Positions 30,524 to 39,916 of a DNA stretch of 64,000 nucleotides are shown one piece after another (positions within the stretch are counted from its first letter, which is position 1; each line of letters starts with the position of its first letter). This DNA is from Candidatus Poribacteria bacterium (GTDB lineage Bacteria > Poribacteria > WGA-4E > WGA-3G): contig OZ240248.1 of assembly GCA_965198235.1 (NCBI GenBank), positions 1,600,001-1,664,000 of the forward strand. Direction: 5' to 3'. Both the position numbers and the translations under genes were made by a program. The notes beneath the pieces are model-generated. The model was not told the DNA's origin. It saw only the letters and a program-made list of their open reading frames with translations, and made no database searches.

Positions 30524-31171
30524 TCAGCGTCTGTTGAATTGGTTCATTGCTGTAAGAATATCATCTTTGACGAAGGTTTCAATGGCATCAACGGCACGGT
30601 CGATGGTATGTGCTATCTCAATTTCTTCGTCTTCTGTAAAACCCGTAAGAACATAATCGGTTAAGTCGCCGATGGATTCGCCGATGCCGATGCGTAAGCG
30701 CGGAAAAGCAGTAGTGCCCAAATGATGGATGATAGACTTCATTCCCTTCTGACCTCCATCACTCCCCTTCTGCCGCATCCGAAGCACACCGATGTCTAAG
30801 TGAATATCATCGTAGACGATGCACAGTTCCGGGGATGAAATCTCGAACTGCCTAACAAGTGCGGCGACAGCGGTGCCACTGTTGTTCATATATGTCATCG
30901 GCTTCGCGAGGATAATAGGGACGTCGTGCCATGTCGTCTGCATAACGAGTGATTTGCAAATTGATGTATGGGTCAAATGGCTATCGGAAACCATCGGCTT
31001 TCGGCTATCAGTGCCAAGAGGTTTTCGTTTAATGACACCCTCTTGCTGACTGCTGACTGCTGATGGCTGACGGCTATTTTCGTAGAGTGCGTCAATCACG
31101 CGAAAACCGACGTTATGTTTGGTCTGCTCGTAGCGTATCCCTGGATTGCCGAGTCCAACAATGAGTTTCAC
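30524..31171 (-). CDS. pth: Peptidyl-tRNA hydrolase with a ~33-aa repeat-derived insertion
   Basis: 'LIVGLGNPG..Y..TKHNVGF', 'KPMTYMNNSG', 'VYDDIHL', 'RLRIGIG'. Confidence 0.93.
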   Translation of the reverse strand: MKLIVGLGNPGIRYEQTKHNVGFRVIDALYENSRQPSAVSSQQEGVIKRKPLGTDSRKPMVSDSHLTHTSICKSLVMQTTWHDVPIILAKPMTYMNNSGTAVAALVRQFEISSPELCIVYDDIHLDIGVLRMRQKGSDGGQKGMKSIIHHLGTTAFPRLRIGIGESIGDLTDYVLTGFTEDEEIEIAHTIDRAVDAIETFVKDDILTAMNQFNRR

Positions 31172-31408
31172 TTTTTAATTATACCTTGCGGATAAGTAAC
31201 GGAGTTTGTAACTTGACACTTTTCGTGTTTGAGTTGAAGAAACACCCAAGCAATACGCAGAAATACCCAAGCAAAAACACCCTGCGCCGTTGTTGCAGGC
31301 TTGGTTTTTGATGTATCCTGTATTCCTTTTTAAAGATAGACAAGCGTTTCACCAGAAACCTGCCCGTAATGAAATGGAGGGCAGTCCAAGAGTCCATAAA
31401 TTAAAGTC

Positions 31409-32002
31409 CTATTGAAGCAGATGTAGAGGTTGTGAAAGGTTGAGGTGTCCCGCGAGCGTTTTCACTTCCTCGCCATCAATTAAAATCTGAACCTGTTCAA
31501 TTTCATCAGGAAATGCGTCGAATACGGTTTTGAGAATTGCCGTAACGGTCAAAAGTTCTGCTGTTGTTCCGCCGATATGTCCATTGGTGAGATGGCTTGA
31601 AAAGTCCAAGTATGCGGTTTGTTGACTATCGATGTAGGCTTCGTTCAGGACTGTTCCACGCGGAATCGTGTTTCTAAAGTTGGGTGGTGTTTCCTGAATG
31701 AGTGCTGTGACTATTTGACTCAAACGTTTGGTAAGTTCGACATGGAGTCGTCGTTCGGTTTTAACCGGGACAAGTGTTGGTGCAGTGGTGTCGAGAAGAA
31801 ATAGATTAACCTCTTGTGGTGGGGGTGGTATGTCTGACGGGTTAGCGGCGATGGGCAATGGTGGGGGTGCTGTCGGAACCGCCGATTGCTTTGACCGTTC
31901 AATCAAATATAACGTCACACTGAGGCCAACTGCAACGAGAACTAAGGTTATTCCCCATATCACTAAAAGTCTTGAAAACCCGGCACTACTGTTATGTTTC
32001 AC
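31409..32002 (-). CDS. GerMN domain membrane protein
   Basis: N-terminal TM; 'IPRGT.L', 'AYLDFS', 'VQILIDGEEVKTLAGH'. Confidence 0.82.
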   Translation of the reverse strand: MKHNSSAGFSRLLVIWGITLVLVAVGLSVTLYLIERSKQSAVPTAPPPLPIAANPSDIPPPPQEVNLFLLDTTAPTLVPVKTERRLHVELTKRLSQIVTALIQETPPNFRNTIPRGTVLNEAYIDSQQTAYLDFSSHLTNGHIGGTTAELLTVTAILKTVFDAFPDEIEQVQILIDGEEVKTLAGHLNLSQPLHLLQ

Positions 32003-32045
32003 GGTTTCGTTCCTGTCTTCTATACCGAGGTCCCTATGCCTCGGT

Positions 32046-32177
32046 TTAAGCCGCGACGAGTTGCGCAGCGAGTTCTAAAGCATCTCCCACGAGTTGTCCA
32101 ATGAGACACCCTTGTGCTCTTGAGATCCGTTCTCTTTGGATATTGGAAATGTTTACTGTTGCTTGATTGTCTGACAT
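32046..32177 (-). pseudogene. Truncated ADP-ribosylglycohydrolase remnant (43 aa)
   Basis: MSDNQ...RAQGCLIGQLVGDAL matches the ARH N-terminal 'GcllG..vGDAlG' motif, then ends; AAGGA upstream. Confidence 0.6.
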
Positions 32178-32229
32178 AGGTTTTCCTTGTATACGAGGAC
32201 AGGTCTGCCCTAAACCGATTGGTGTGTGA

Positions 32230-33429
32230 CTATTCTAATGCTGTTGGCGGGACAGGCGGGTTAATAGAAGAAATGTGTCGTTGAAAAGCGCGGACAATTG
32301 CTTGGGCAACGCCTATAATATATTCAGAATTAGAGAGTTTCTCTAAGTCCTCCACGTTGGAGAGATAGCCGAGTTCCAGAACGAGTGCCGGCATATAGGC
32401 TTCAGATAACGCTACAAGTGGTAGTTCGGTAATCTTAACTGGTGTTTCCGTTAGGAAATTCAATTCCGTTTGCAGCGCGTGTGCGAAGTCTTGGCTCTGC
32501 TTTAGGAAATTGGCTTGAGCAAGGATTTTTAACCGTTGTCCTGTAAGTGCTGCCTGGACGTTACTTGGAAATCGAAGTTGTCCTTTAGGGTTGTTGAGGT
32601 AAATCTTAATCCCTTTTTCATGTGGTGAAAAAGATGCGTTGCAGTGTAGGCTGAGAAAGAGTTGTCCTTGATTCCGTTTTGCAACCTGAATGCGTTCAAA
32701 GTGTGTCTTTTTCGTATCTGCCTGGCGTGTAAGGTAGACCTGTATTCCCTGCTCTTTGCTGATTGAGGAAAGTTGTTTTGCGATCGCAAGTACAATGTCT
32801 TTCTCAAGGAGGCCTGTACTACTTTCACATCCGCGGTCGTCTGCACCACCGTGTCCTGGGTCGATGATGATTGCCCAATTCACAAAACCACCTGTCACGG
32901 CTGGTGTCCATGTTCCCTTGGGTCTCAGCTGGACCCTTTTCAAACTGGGATTGTAGATGGCTTCGAGGTTATAGAAATCTGGTAGAATTTGCGTGAAAAA
33001 AGCGATAGGCAACATCGGTTGTTGCGCGATGATTATCGGGGGAGTCAGAAGGGTGCGTGTCAGCCCACTGGGATCGATACCGACGATCGGGTGCCCGATT
33101 TGTAAGCGGATTTGCTTGTCTTTGGTTTTCAGGGTAAGTCGTTTTCGCGGATGATTGTATTGATCCGTCATTTCGGGATCGAAGACCTGTCTCACGGTGT
33201 CAACAGAGAGGTAAATCTGCTCCCCTTGGAGTTGGGCAGGCACCTCGGCGATGGTTTCTCCATTGACATCAATGAAGCGAACGGAGTTTTCTTGAGCGGG
33301 ACTGTTGAGTGTAATAATCCACGCGAGGATGCTTAAAAAAAGCGCGCTAACCGTTTTTCTAATGTTCCTTGCGGTTCGGTTAGATAGACTTAGGGCTTTC
33401 ACGTTCCTTTCCGTATATCCGCTTTCCAC
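32230..33429 (-). CDS. N-acetylmuramoyl-L-alanine amidase (Amidase_3); start uncertain
   Basis: 'IIIDPGHGG', 'LEKDIVL', 'FLSLHCNAS', 'LVLELGYLSN'. Confidence 0.88.
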   Translation of the reverse strand: MESGYTERNVKALSLSNRTARNIRKTVSALFLSILAWIITLNSPAQENSVRFIDVNGETIAEVPAQLQGEQIYLSVDTVRQVFDPEMTDQYNHPRKRLTLKTKDKQIRLQIGHPIVGIDPSGLTRTLLTPPIIIAQQPMLPIAFFTQILPDFYNLEAIYNPSLKRVQLRPKGTWTPAVTGGFVNWAIIIDPGHGGADDRGCESSTGLLEKDIVLAIAKQLSSISKEQGIQVYLTRQADTKKTHFERIQVAKRNQGQLFLSLHCNASFSPHEKGIKIYLNNPKGQLRFPSNVQAALTGQRLKILAQANFLKQSQDFAHALQTELNFLTETPVKITELPLVALSEAYMPALVLELGYLSNVEDLEKLSNSEYIIGVAQAIVRAFQRHISSINPPVPPTALE

Positions 33430-33531
33430 TTCGTTCCAAGCTGCGCGCTTTGTTTAGAAAGAGTCGCGATCGGGAGATCGCTCCTATAGATTAAGTGCGC
33501 TTTGGATTTTTATTTGTTGGTGTAGACGACG

Positions 33532-34206
33532 TTATTCGTCGTCGTCATCATCGCGTCTACGGGAAATAACTTCTGGTTCCGTAGGTTCGTCAGTGGCTTC
33601 TTCCTCTTCTCCTTCGCCATCTTCAGCCTCTGTTACTTCATCAAGTAGGATGCGTGGTTGGCTCACCGTCGCAATAATTCGTTCTAAGTCATCTAAGATG
33701 TCAATTTCTTCGTCCAAGGTTAAGTCGCTGACATGGACGGAGTCACCGATTTCCAATTGACTGACGTCAATGGTGATATCGTTCGGCATTTGCCTCGGTA
33801 GGCAGTTAAGGGACACTTGGCGGAGAGGGAATTCAAGGACACCACCCTCTTGAATACCGAGTGGGTTGCCTACGAGAACCACCGGCACGGCTGATGTCAC
33901 AGGCTCATCCAAAGAGATTCTGATAAAATCCGCATGGAGTAGGGTCTGCTTATTTACCGGATGGCGCTGAATTTCTTTGATAATGACAGTTTCAGTATTG
34001 CCTGCACTGACTTCCATATTGATGATAACGTTTTCACCGTACGTTCGTAGGAATTGTTTGAAAGTCCGTGCGTCGAGTTGGATCGCCAAGGTGTCTTGTG
34101 CGCGACCGTACAGCACGGCAGGGACCCCGCCCTCTTTCCGAAGGTCCCGCGCGCCCTGTTTCCCGAAGGTATCGCGTTGTTGAGCCTCTAATTTTGCTTG
34201 TTGCAT
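33532..34206 (-). CDS. rplY: 50S ribosomal protein L25/Ctc
   Basis: 'GKQGARDLRKEGGVPAVLYG', 'IQRHPV...LLHADF', acidic tail. Confidence 0.95.
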   Translation of the reverse strand: MQQAKLEAQQRDTFGKQGARDLRKEGGVPAVLYGRAQDTLAIQLDARTFKQFLRTYGENVIINMEVSAGNTETVIIKEIQRHPVNKQTLLHADFIRISLDEPVTSAVPVVLVGNPLGIQEGGVLEFPLRQVSLNCLPRQMPNDITIDVSQLEIGDSVHVSDLTLDEEIDILDDLERIIATVSQPRILLDEVTEAEDGEGEEEEATDEPTEPEVISRRRDDDDDE

Positions 34207-34261
34207 TTTAAAATTCTAACCTTTTTTCTTTGTAGATTCAGTAGCCGTGTCAAAAAGGAGA

Positions 34262-34333
34262 CAGGGCGGGTAGGATTCGAACCTACGCATGCAGGTGCCA
34301 AAGACCTGAGCCTTACCGCTTGGCTACCGCCCT
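34262..34333 (-). tRNA. tRNA-Gln (anticodon TTG), CCA not encoded
   Basis: AGGGCGG/CCGCCCT acceptor stem, anticodon arm CAGGT-CTTTGGC-ACCTG, T-loop GGTTCGAATCC; usual position after ispE. Confidence 0.93.
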
Positions 34334-34462
34334 TTAATCGTCAATTTTTTAATTGATTGCTCCTGGGCAAAGAAACACCCAAGCAAAAACCCCTCCACTT
34401 CGTTTCAGGCAGGTTTTCGGGCATTCAAAACTGGGTTTGGGGATCCGTTTACCCCATAATCG

Positions 34463-35341
34463 TTAATATACGGACACACCGACGGGACTGGTTACCGTGG
34501 TTGTACAAAAACTGACTCTGTTTTTGAAGTGTGATTCACTCCGACGTGCTGCATCACCATTATGCATTACAGCGAACACTGTAGCACCGCTCCCTGACAT
34601 CAGCGCGCCACAAGCCCCAGTCTGCATAGATAACTCTGTTTTTAGCGCGGCAATTTCGGGATATTGGGAAAAAACTGGGACCTCAAGTAGGTTGTATAGG
34701 TTTTTCCCGATGCCTGTGACATCACCTTTCTCCAAACAAGCCTTTATAATTATACCTCTTTTTTCTCGTGTTGTCAAGGAAAAATTCAATTTCCTAAATA
34801 CAGTCGCTGTCGAAATTTCGATACCAGGATTTAAAAGGAGGAGCGGTACATCTGAGAGTGCGGGAAGGCGTGTTAACTGATCACCGATGCCGAGTCCGAA
34901 TGCAGCACCGCCGTGCAGGCAGAACGGGACATCTGCCCCCAACTGTGCTCCAAACTGCCTTAGGGTTTCCTGTGTGAAATTTAGCCCGAAAAGTTCGTTC
35001 ACGCCGTGGAGAACGGCAGCGGCGTTTGCACTCCCGCCTGCGAGTCCAGCCGCAACCGGAATCCGCTTATGGATGTCAATTGCGATCCCACCAATCCCAC
35101 CTACCGCATGACTGAGAAGCTGCGCCGCGCGATGTGCCAAATTACGTGAATCGCACGGAACCCCTGGGTGCTCACAGCGAACTGTTATGCCCTTTGTCTC
35201 CTGTTTGTAGATGGTGACATCATCGTGCAATCCAATTGAATGGAAGATCGTTTCGAGGTTGTGGTAGCCGTCCTCGCGTTTGCCTACGACATCCAGATAG
35301 AGGTTAATTTTCGCGTGGGCGCGGACCCTTATCTTTTTCAC
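34463..35341 (-). CDS. ispE: 4-diphosphocytidyl-2-C-methyl-D-erythritol kinase
   Basis: 'AKINLYL', 'KRIPVAAGLAGGSANAA', 'LGADVPF', 'MSGSGATVF'. Confidence 0.95.
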   Translation of the reverse strand: MKKIRVRAHAKINLYLDVVGKREDGYHNLETIFHSIGLHDDVTIYKQETKGITVRCEHPGVPCDSRNLAHRAAQLLSHAVGGIGGIAIDIHKRIPVAAGLAGGSANAAAVLHGVNELFGLNFTQETLRQFGAQLGADVPFCLHGGAAFGLGIGDQLTRLPALSDVPLLLLNPGIEISTATVFRKLNFSLTTREKRGIIIKACLEKGDVTGIGKNLYNLLEVPVFSQYPEIAALKTELSMQTGACGALMSGSGATVFAVMHNGDAARRSESHFKNRVSFCTTTVTSPVGVSVY

Positions 35342-35353
35342 GATTTTTGCCCA

Positions 35354-36217
35354 CTATTCCCGTAATTCTGACAAGGGGATGATTTCGACATCCTCGCCCA
35401 GAAAGGGTTCAGGGTCAAACTTGCTATCTTTAATCTCGACGTTCAGTTCAACTTTGGCAATTTTCACGGCGACCCGTGTTTGTTCAAGCGGACGTTCGAT
35501 TTCGACCTTGTGGGGGCGGAGGATACCACTCACCTCACGATAGTCAGTGAAAGTGGCGCGTTGTTCAAGCGTACCGTTCTCATTGTGGATATGCCATTCT
35601 GTAACTCGCGGTTCATCTTCGCGGATAAAGAGCGTGATGGTTTCCACATGTCCAGTTTGGATACCCGGACGCTTAAGGACAAATTTTGCCCCGGAGCTTT
35701 CAACGGATATGAAGTCATCGGTGCGTCCATGGAGAAACGGATTGGCGAAGATTGCACTCAACACATCTGACACGCGCAAATCCACACCAAAAATTTCTCG
35801 CAAAGCCCCGTCCGATAGTGGTCCAAGGTAGGCTTTCTGTTCATTCACAAGACGGAGTAGGAATTGGTTCTTGTCCTGATTGGCAATTACGATGCCACGT
35901 GGTGCGTTCATCGCTCCCAGTGCTTGGATGTGGAGCAATTCCCCGCCGTTCTCCGATTTTTTATACCACAACGATTCTCGGAGTTCCTCGCGTTGTTCGC
36001 CCTCCTCAATTGTTACCATCATCCGGGTGATCTTTAAGGATCCGGTCAGATCGTATCTCGCTTGCAGTGTGTTGAGGATAGCATTCAATTCCGTACGGGT
36101 CGCGGGTGACAATTCAATCGTGCTCGTGCCACTGAGGCATCCCACGACTGCGAGCAGGAAACAGAATACATAGATTTTTGCCCATGCAGCGCGGTCGAAC
36201 TTTTCGAGGTATCGCAT
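35354..36217 (-). CDS. Putative lipoprotein, LolA/LolB/DUF4292-like fold
   Basis: Lipobox-like 'LAVVGC'; beta-rich C-terminus 'FTDYREVSGILRPHKVEI'; directly upstream of ispE. Confidence 0.55.
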   Translation of the reverse strand: MRYLEKFDRAAWAKIYVFCFLLAVVGCLSGTSTIELSPATRTELNAILNTLQARYDLTGSLKITRMMVTIEEGEQREELRESLWYKKSENGGELLHIQALGAMNAPRGIVIANQDKNQFLLRLVNEQKAYLGPLSDGALREIFGVDLRVSDVLSAIFANPFLHGRTDDFISVESSGAKFVLKRPGIQTGHVETITLFIREDEPRVTEWHIHNENGTLEQRATFTDYREVSGILRPHKVEIERPLEQTRVAVKIAKVELNVEIKDSKFDPEPFLGEDVEIIPLSELRE

Positions 36218-36218
36218 C

Positions 36219-37409
36219 TTAAAGGGTTTCAGACATCGATTTTTCAACGATGTTAACGGCTTCCTCAACATGACCGGCATTGATATTGAGCGGTGGTAAG
36301 AACCGGAGGATATAATCGTTGGTGCAGATGGTGACCAGCCCGTTCTCAATGCATTTCGCAGCGAGCGGTTTGGCATCGACTTCCATGACTAAGCCGCGGA
36401 GCAAGCCTTTCCCACGTACCTCTTTGATTGGATACTTGTCCTTTAGTTCCATCAGTCCACCTGTGAGATAATTCCCCATTTTAACGGCGTTCACGGCGAG
36501 GTTTTCTTCCAGAATGGTTCTGACGGTTGTGGATGCCGCCGCGGTGACTAACGGATTACCTCCGAATGTCGCCGCGTGGGTGCCTGGCACAAAACTCTCT
36601 GCTATGTGTCGTTTCGCCAGCATCGCACCGATTGGCGCACCACTACCGAGAGCCTTCGCCATCGTAATCACATCTGGCACAACGCCGTAGCTTTGATACC
36701 CGAAAAAGGTGCCTAATCTCCCCATCGCGGTCTGGACTTCGTCGAAGATGAGTAGCAGGTTATGTTTGTCACACAGTTCTCGTAACCCTTGGAGATACCC
36801 ATCACTGGGGATATTAACGCCACCTTCGGACTGAATCGGCTCGACTAATATGGCGCACGTCTTTGAATTGATAGCGACTTCGGTTGCTTCGAGATCATCA
36901 AACGGCACGTATGTGAAGCCTTCGAGCATCGGCTCAAACCCGACGTGATATTTCGTTTGTGCCGTAGCGGTGATAGTCGCCATCGTCCGTCCATGGAACG
37001 AATTCTCCATCGTGATGATTTCGTAGGTGTCTGTTCTATCATTGTCCTTGGCGTATTTCCGCGCCAACTTAATCGCCGCTTCATTTGCTTCAGCACCGCT
37101 ATTGCAGAAGAAGCACTGATCCATATCGGAGTTGTCGATAAGCAGTTTCGCGAGTTCTGCCTGCGGTTGGATATAGTAAAGATTGGATGTGTGCAGCAGC
37201 TTGCCTGCCTGTTCACGGATAGCGGCGACAACCTTCGGGTGGCAGTGCCCTAAGCCGTTGACAGCGAGTCCACCGAGGAAGTCGAGGTATTTCTTGCCAT
37301 CGGCATCCCAGAGGTAGGGACCCTCGCCCTTGACGAATGCGAGACTTCTGTCACCGTAAGTATTGATGATATATTCCGTCGCCATCTCTTTGATTTCAGC
37401 TGTTGTCAT
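36219..37409 (-). CDS. argD: Acetylornithine aminotransferase
   Basis: 'FFCNSGAEANEAAIKLAR', 'SFHGRT', 'FDEVQT', 'MAKALG', 'TFGGNPL'. Confidence 0.9.
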   Translation of the reverse strand: MTTAEIKEMATEYIINTYGDRSLAFVKGEGPYLWDADGKKYLDFLGGLAVNGLGHCHPKVVAAIREQAGKLLHTSNLYYIQPQAELAKLLIDNSDMDQCFFCNSGAEANEAAIKLARKYAKDNDRTDTYEIITMENSFHGRTMATITATAQTKYHVGFEPMLEGFTYVPFDDLEATEVAINSKTCAILVEPIQSEGGVNIPSDGYLQGLRELCDKHNLLLIFDEVQTAMGRLGTFFGYQSYGVVPDVITMAKALGSGAPIGAMLAKRHIAESFVPGTHAATFGGNPLVTAAASTTVRTILEENLAVNAVKMGNYLTGGLMELKDKYPIKEVRGKGLLRGLVMEVDAKPLAAKCIENGLVTICTNDYILRFLPPLNINAGHVEEAVNIVEKSMSETL

Positions 37410-37513
37410 TTTCCTAACTATGGCCTCCTGTTCTGCTCTCCATTACATTACGAGCAGGTTTCTGGTTAAGTCGTGATTCTTCTGGGGTTTGTGCGTTTCT
37501 GGACCTTTAAAAC

Positions 37514-37631
37514 AGGACTTACGCAAATTGCGCGAAAAGCAATATATTTCCCCAAAAGAGTCGTTGTTTCAGTGATTTAACCCCCTCAATCTCCCTTATC
37601 AGGGAACTTTAAGAGGAGGTGCGTAAGTCCT
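37514..37631. mobile_element. MITE-like element with 12-bp perfect TIRs AGGACTTACGCA/TGCGTAAGTCCT
   Basis: Inverted repeats at 37514-37525 and 37620-37631, next to a family-A arm (37410-37475) that ends at the argD ATG. Confidence 0.65.
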
Positions 37632-37637
37632 ATAAAA

Positions 37638-38771
37638 TCACCAATTCGTGTAGGCACCGTCATCGCGTTGATAACCGTAGGGTGGTCCATACCCTTGCGT
37701 TGAGACATCGGTAAGGGCATCTTCGTTAAATTCGATGCCGAGTCCAGGTGCTTCAGGCGGTAGGAGATACCCTGATTCAAACGGTACTTGCACCGGGAAC
37801 ACGTCGGTTAGCGTGGACATCGGGGCACGTGGGAGTTCCTGCACACCGACGAGTGGCGATGACAAACAGAGATGCAGACACGCTGCAGCGGATACAGGTC
37901 CCAAGGGGTTGTGTGGTGCCATATAGATATAATGCGTTTCGCACCATCCGGCGATTTTACGTGCCTCCGTTAACCCACCAGCGATGCAAAGGTCAACGCG
38001 GCAGTAATCGATGAGGTCTTCCTCGATGACTTCTCGGAACGTCCATTTGCTGTCAAATTGTTCGCCAACGGCAATCGGCACCGAGGTCTGCTGCCGAATC
38101 CGTCTGAGACTGGCAGGGTTTTCAGCCCGAAGCGGATCCTCGATGAAAAACGGATTGTAGGGTGCAACCTTGTTGCAGAAATCGAGGCTATCCGCCGGAT
38201 CGAGGCGGGTGTGCACGTCAACGAGTATTTCAATATCGTCACCTAATGCCTGACGGACGGCTTGTACTTGTTTAAGCCCGTTCTGGATGGCGCGTTTGGG
38301 TTCAAACGTCCCTGTATCTGTGCCGTCAGCCAAGCCCCATCGGACGAATTTCCAACCCGCTGCGTGAGTTTGTTTGCAATTCTCAACAAGTGCATCAATC
38401 GTGCCGCCGCCGTTGTGAGGATAGCAGACGACCTTGTCTCTGGTGCGTCCTCCTAAAAGTTCATAGACGGGAACGTTCAGTGCCTTTCCTTTGATGTCCC
38501 AGAGTGCGATGTCTACAGCACTCACTGCCGCGGATTGGACGACACCTCCGGGGAAAAAGCCGCCGCGGAACATCACTTGCCATAGGTGTTCAATTCGGAA
38601 CGGATCTGCGCCGATGAGAAACGGTTCAAATGAGCGAACGACTTCGGCTAAGGCGAGTGCGCGACGGCGAAGTCCGCCCTCACCGACACCGTAGATACCC
38701 GCATCGGTTTCGACCTTCACAAAAAAATAGCCGTCCGCTGAAGCAAACGATTTAACTTTGGTAATTTTCAT
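37638..38771 (-). CDS. Mandelate racemase/enolase superfamily dehydratase
   Basis: 'SAVDIALWDIKGK', 'VDVH', 'FIEDP', 'AVGE', 'PPEAPGLGIEF'; start moved to MKITK. Confidence 0.88.
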   Translation of the reverse strand: MKITKVKSFASADGYFFVKVETDAGIYGVGEGGLRRRALALAEVVRSFEPFLIGADPFRIEHLWQVMFRGGFFPGGVVQSAAVSAVDIALWDIKGKALNVPVYELLGGRTRDKVVCYPHNGGGTIDALVENCKQTHAAGWKFVRWGLADGTDTGTFEPKRAIQNGLKQVQAVRQALGDDIEILVDVHTRLDPADSLDFCNKVAPYNPFFIEDPLRAENPASLRRIRQQTSVPIAVGEQFDSKWTFREVIEEDLIDYCRVDLCIAGGLTEARKIAGWCETHYIYMAPHNPLGPVSAAACLHLCLSSPLVGVQELPRAPMSTLTDVFPVQVPFESGYLLPPEAPGLGIEFNEDALTDVSTQGYGPPYGYQRDDGAYTNW

Positions 38772-38784
38772 TTTTTTGACGATT

Positions 38785-38980
38785 AAGTTTTCGCTCCTTT
38801 TCGGCGTAGCTTGCAAGTCAAAACTTGCTGTTAAAGGTTCCGTTGTCGAAAACGGGTTTTCGCCAATTTTCAACAACATATTTTTAATGATTAGGTTTTC
38901 GCTCCGTTTTTTCTCCCCCTTCCCAGTAACGGGCGGGGACCCCTATCAACAACGGGTTTTCGGCGAGTTTCAACAATATT
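38785..38980. repeat. Degenerate ~110-bp tandem duplication with an inserted REP-like unit
   Basis: GTTTTCGCTCC x2 and AACGGGTTTTCG..TTTTCAACAA x2; the unit at ~38912-38947 matches the insert at ~1582-1617. Confidence 0.6.
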
Positions 38981-39014
38981 GGTTATCATCAAATTAATGG
39001 CACGCAACGAGTTG

Positions 39015-39821
39015 CTACACAGCATCCAATGTTGGCGTGTTGTCCTGACAGTGAACGGGCCGGAAGAGCGTCTGACGTTTGAACGGCATCTCTTCAACGT
39101 GTTTCGGATGCGGTTCCCACTTATGCCATTTATTTCCAACTGTATTGTAGCAGTGGAAAATTGCAACTCGATCGATCTCTTCATCTGTCCACTTTGCACC
39201 GGTATGTGTGATTGCCTCTGTGAAGATAAGCACGGACCCGGCAGGACAGGTATAATCCTCCCAGAGTGGGGAATCACGGTTCTCTGTTGACTGCGGTGCA
39301 GGAAACGCCCCTTTATGACTACCCGTGAGGAACATCGTTCCACCACCACCTGTCTGAACGGGATTGAGCTCCCAGACGACGCGCGTCAATCCACTGTGTG
39401 CACTATCGTGATGTAAATGATAGGTGTGCGAGTTGCCGGGAAAGTTGAGCATCCCACGTCCGCCGTGTGGCTGGAAGTTGTCATGTCCATTCGGACGAAT
39501 AGTTAGGAATGTGCCTTCCAATCGGAATCCGTAGCAGTTCTCGTTGGCATAGCCCGAAGTAAGGAATTCGTTCATGAATCCGAGCACAACCGGATGATCG
39601 GTTAGCGACTCAAGGGGACCGCCGATGGGAGAGCGGTGGTGTTCAGGGATTAACTCCGGTTCCTGTTTGAGCTGATAACAGAACTCGCGCATCTCTTTAA
39701 CCTCGGTTTCGCTGAGAAGGCTTGGAATCAGGAGCCATCCACGGGTGTCAAAAAGATAGCGTTGCTCTTCCGTAAGTGGGATCGGTGATAGATTGTCAGC
39801 ATTCGTCGTAGGATTCGGCAT
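39015..39821 (-). CDS. PhyH family dioxygenase
   Basis: 'YLFDTRGWL', 'LTGSHK', 'AGSVLIFTEAITH'; paralog of 16106. Confidence 0.82.
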   Translation of the reverse strand: MPNPTTNADNLSPIPLTEEQRYLFDTRGWLLIPSLLSETEVKEMREFCYQLKQEPELIPEHHRSPIGGPLESLTDHPVVLGFMNEFLTSGYANENCYGFRLEGTFLTIRPNGHDNFQPHGGRGMLNFPGNSHTYHLHHDSAHSGLTRVVWELNPVQTGGGGTMFLTGSHKGAFPAPQSTENRDSPLWEDYTCPAGSVLIFTEAITHTGAKWTDEEIDRVAIFHCYNTVGNKWHKWEPHPKHVEEMPFKRQTLFRPVHCQDNTPTLDAV

Positions 39822-39916
39822 AGTTTTGTCCTTAGAGGAATGGTTATCAGTTGTCAGTTAAAGAAGGTTCTTGACGTATCAGGGATCTCTTTTAACTGAT
39901 AACTGATAACTAACAG

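Noticed and set aside
34207-34460. tRNA-Gln as an island integration site
   Set aside because: No integrase nearby and no duplicated tRNA 3' end noticed in the window
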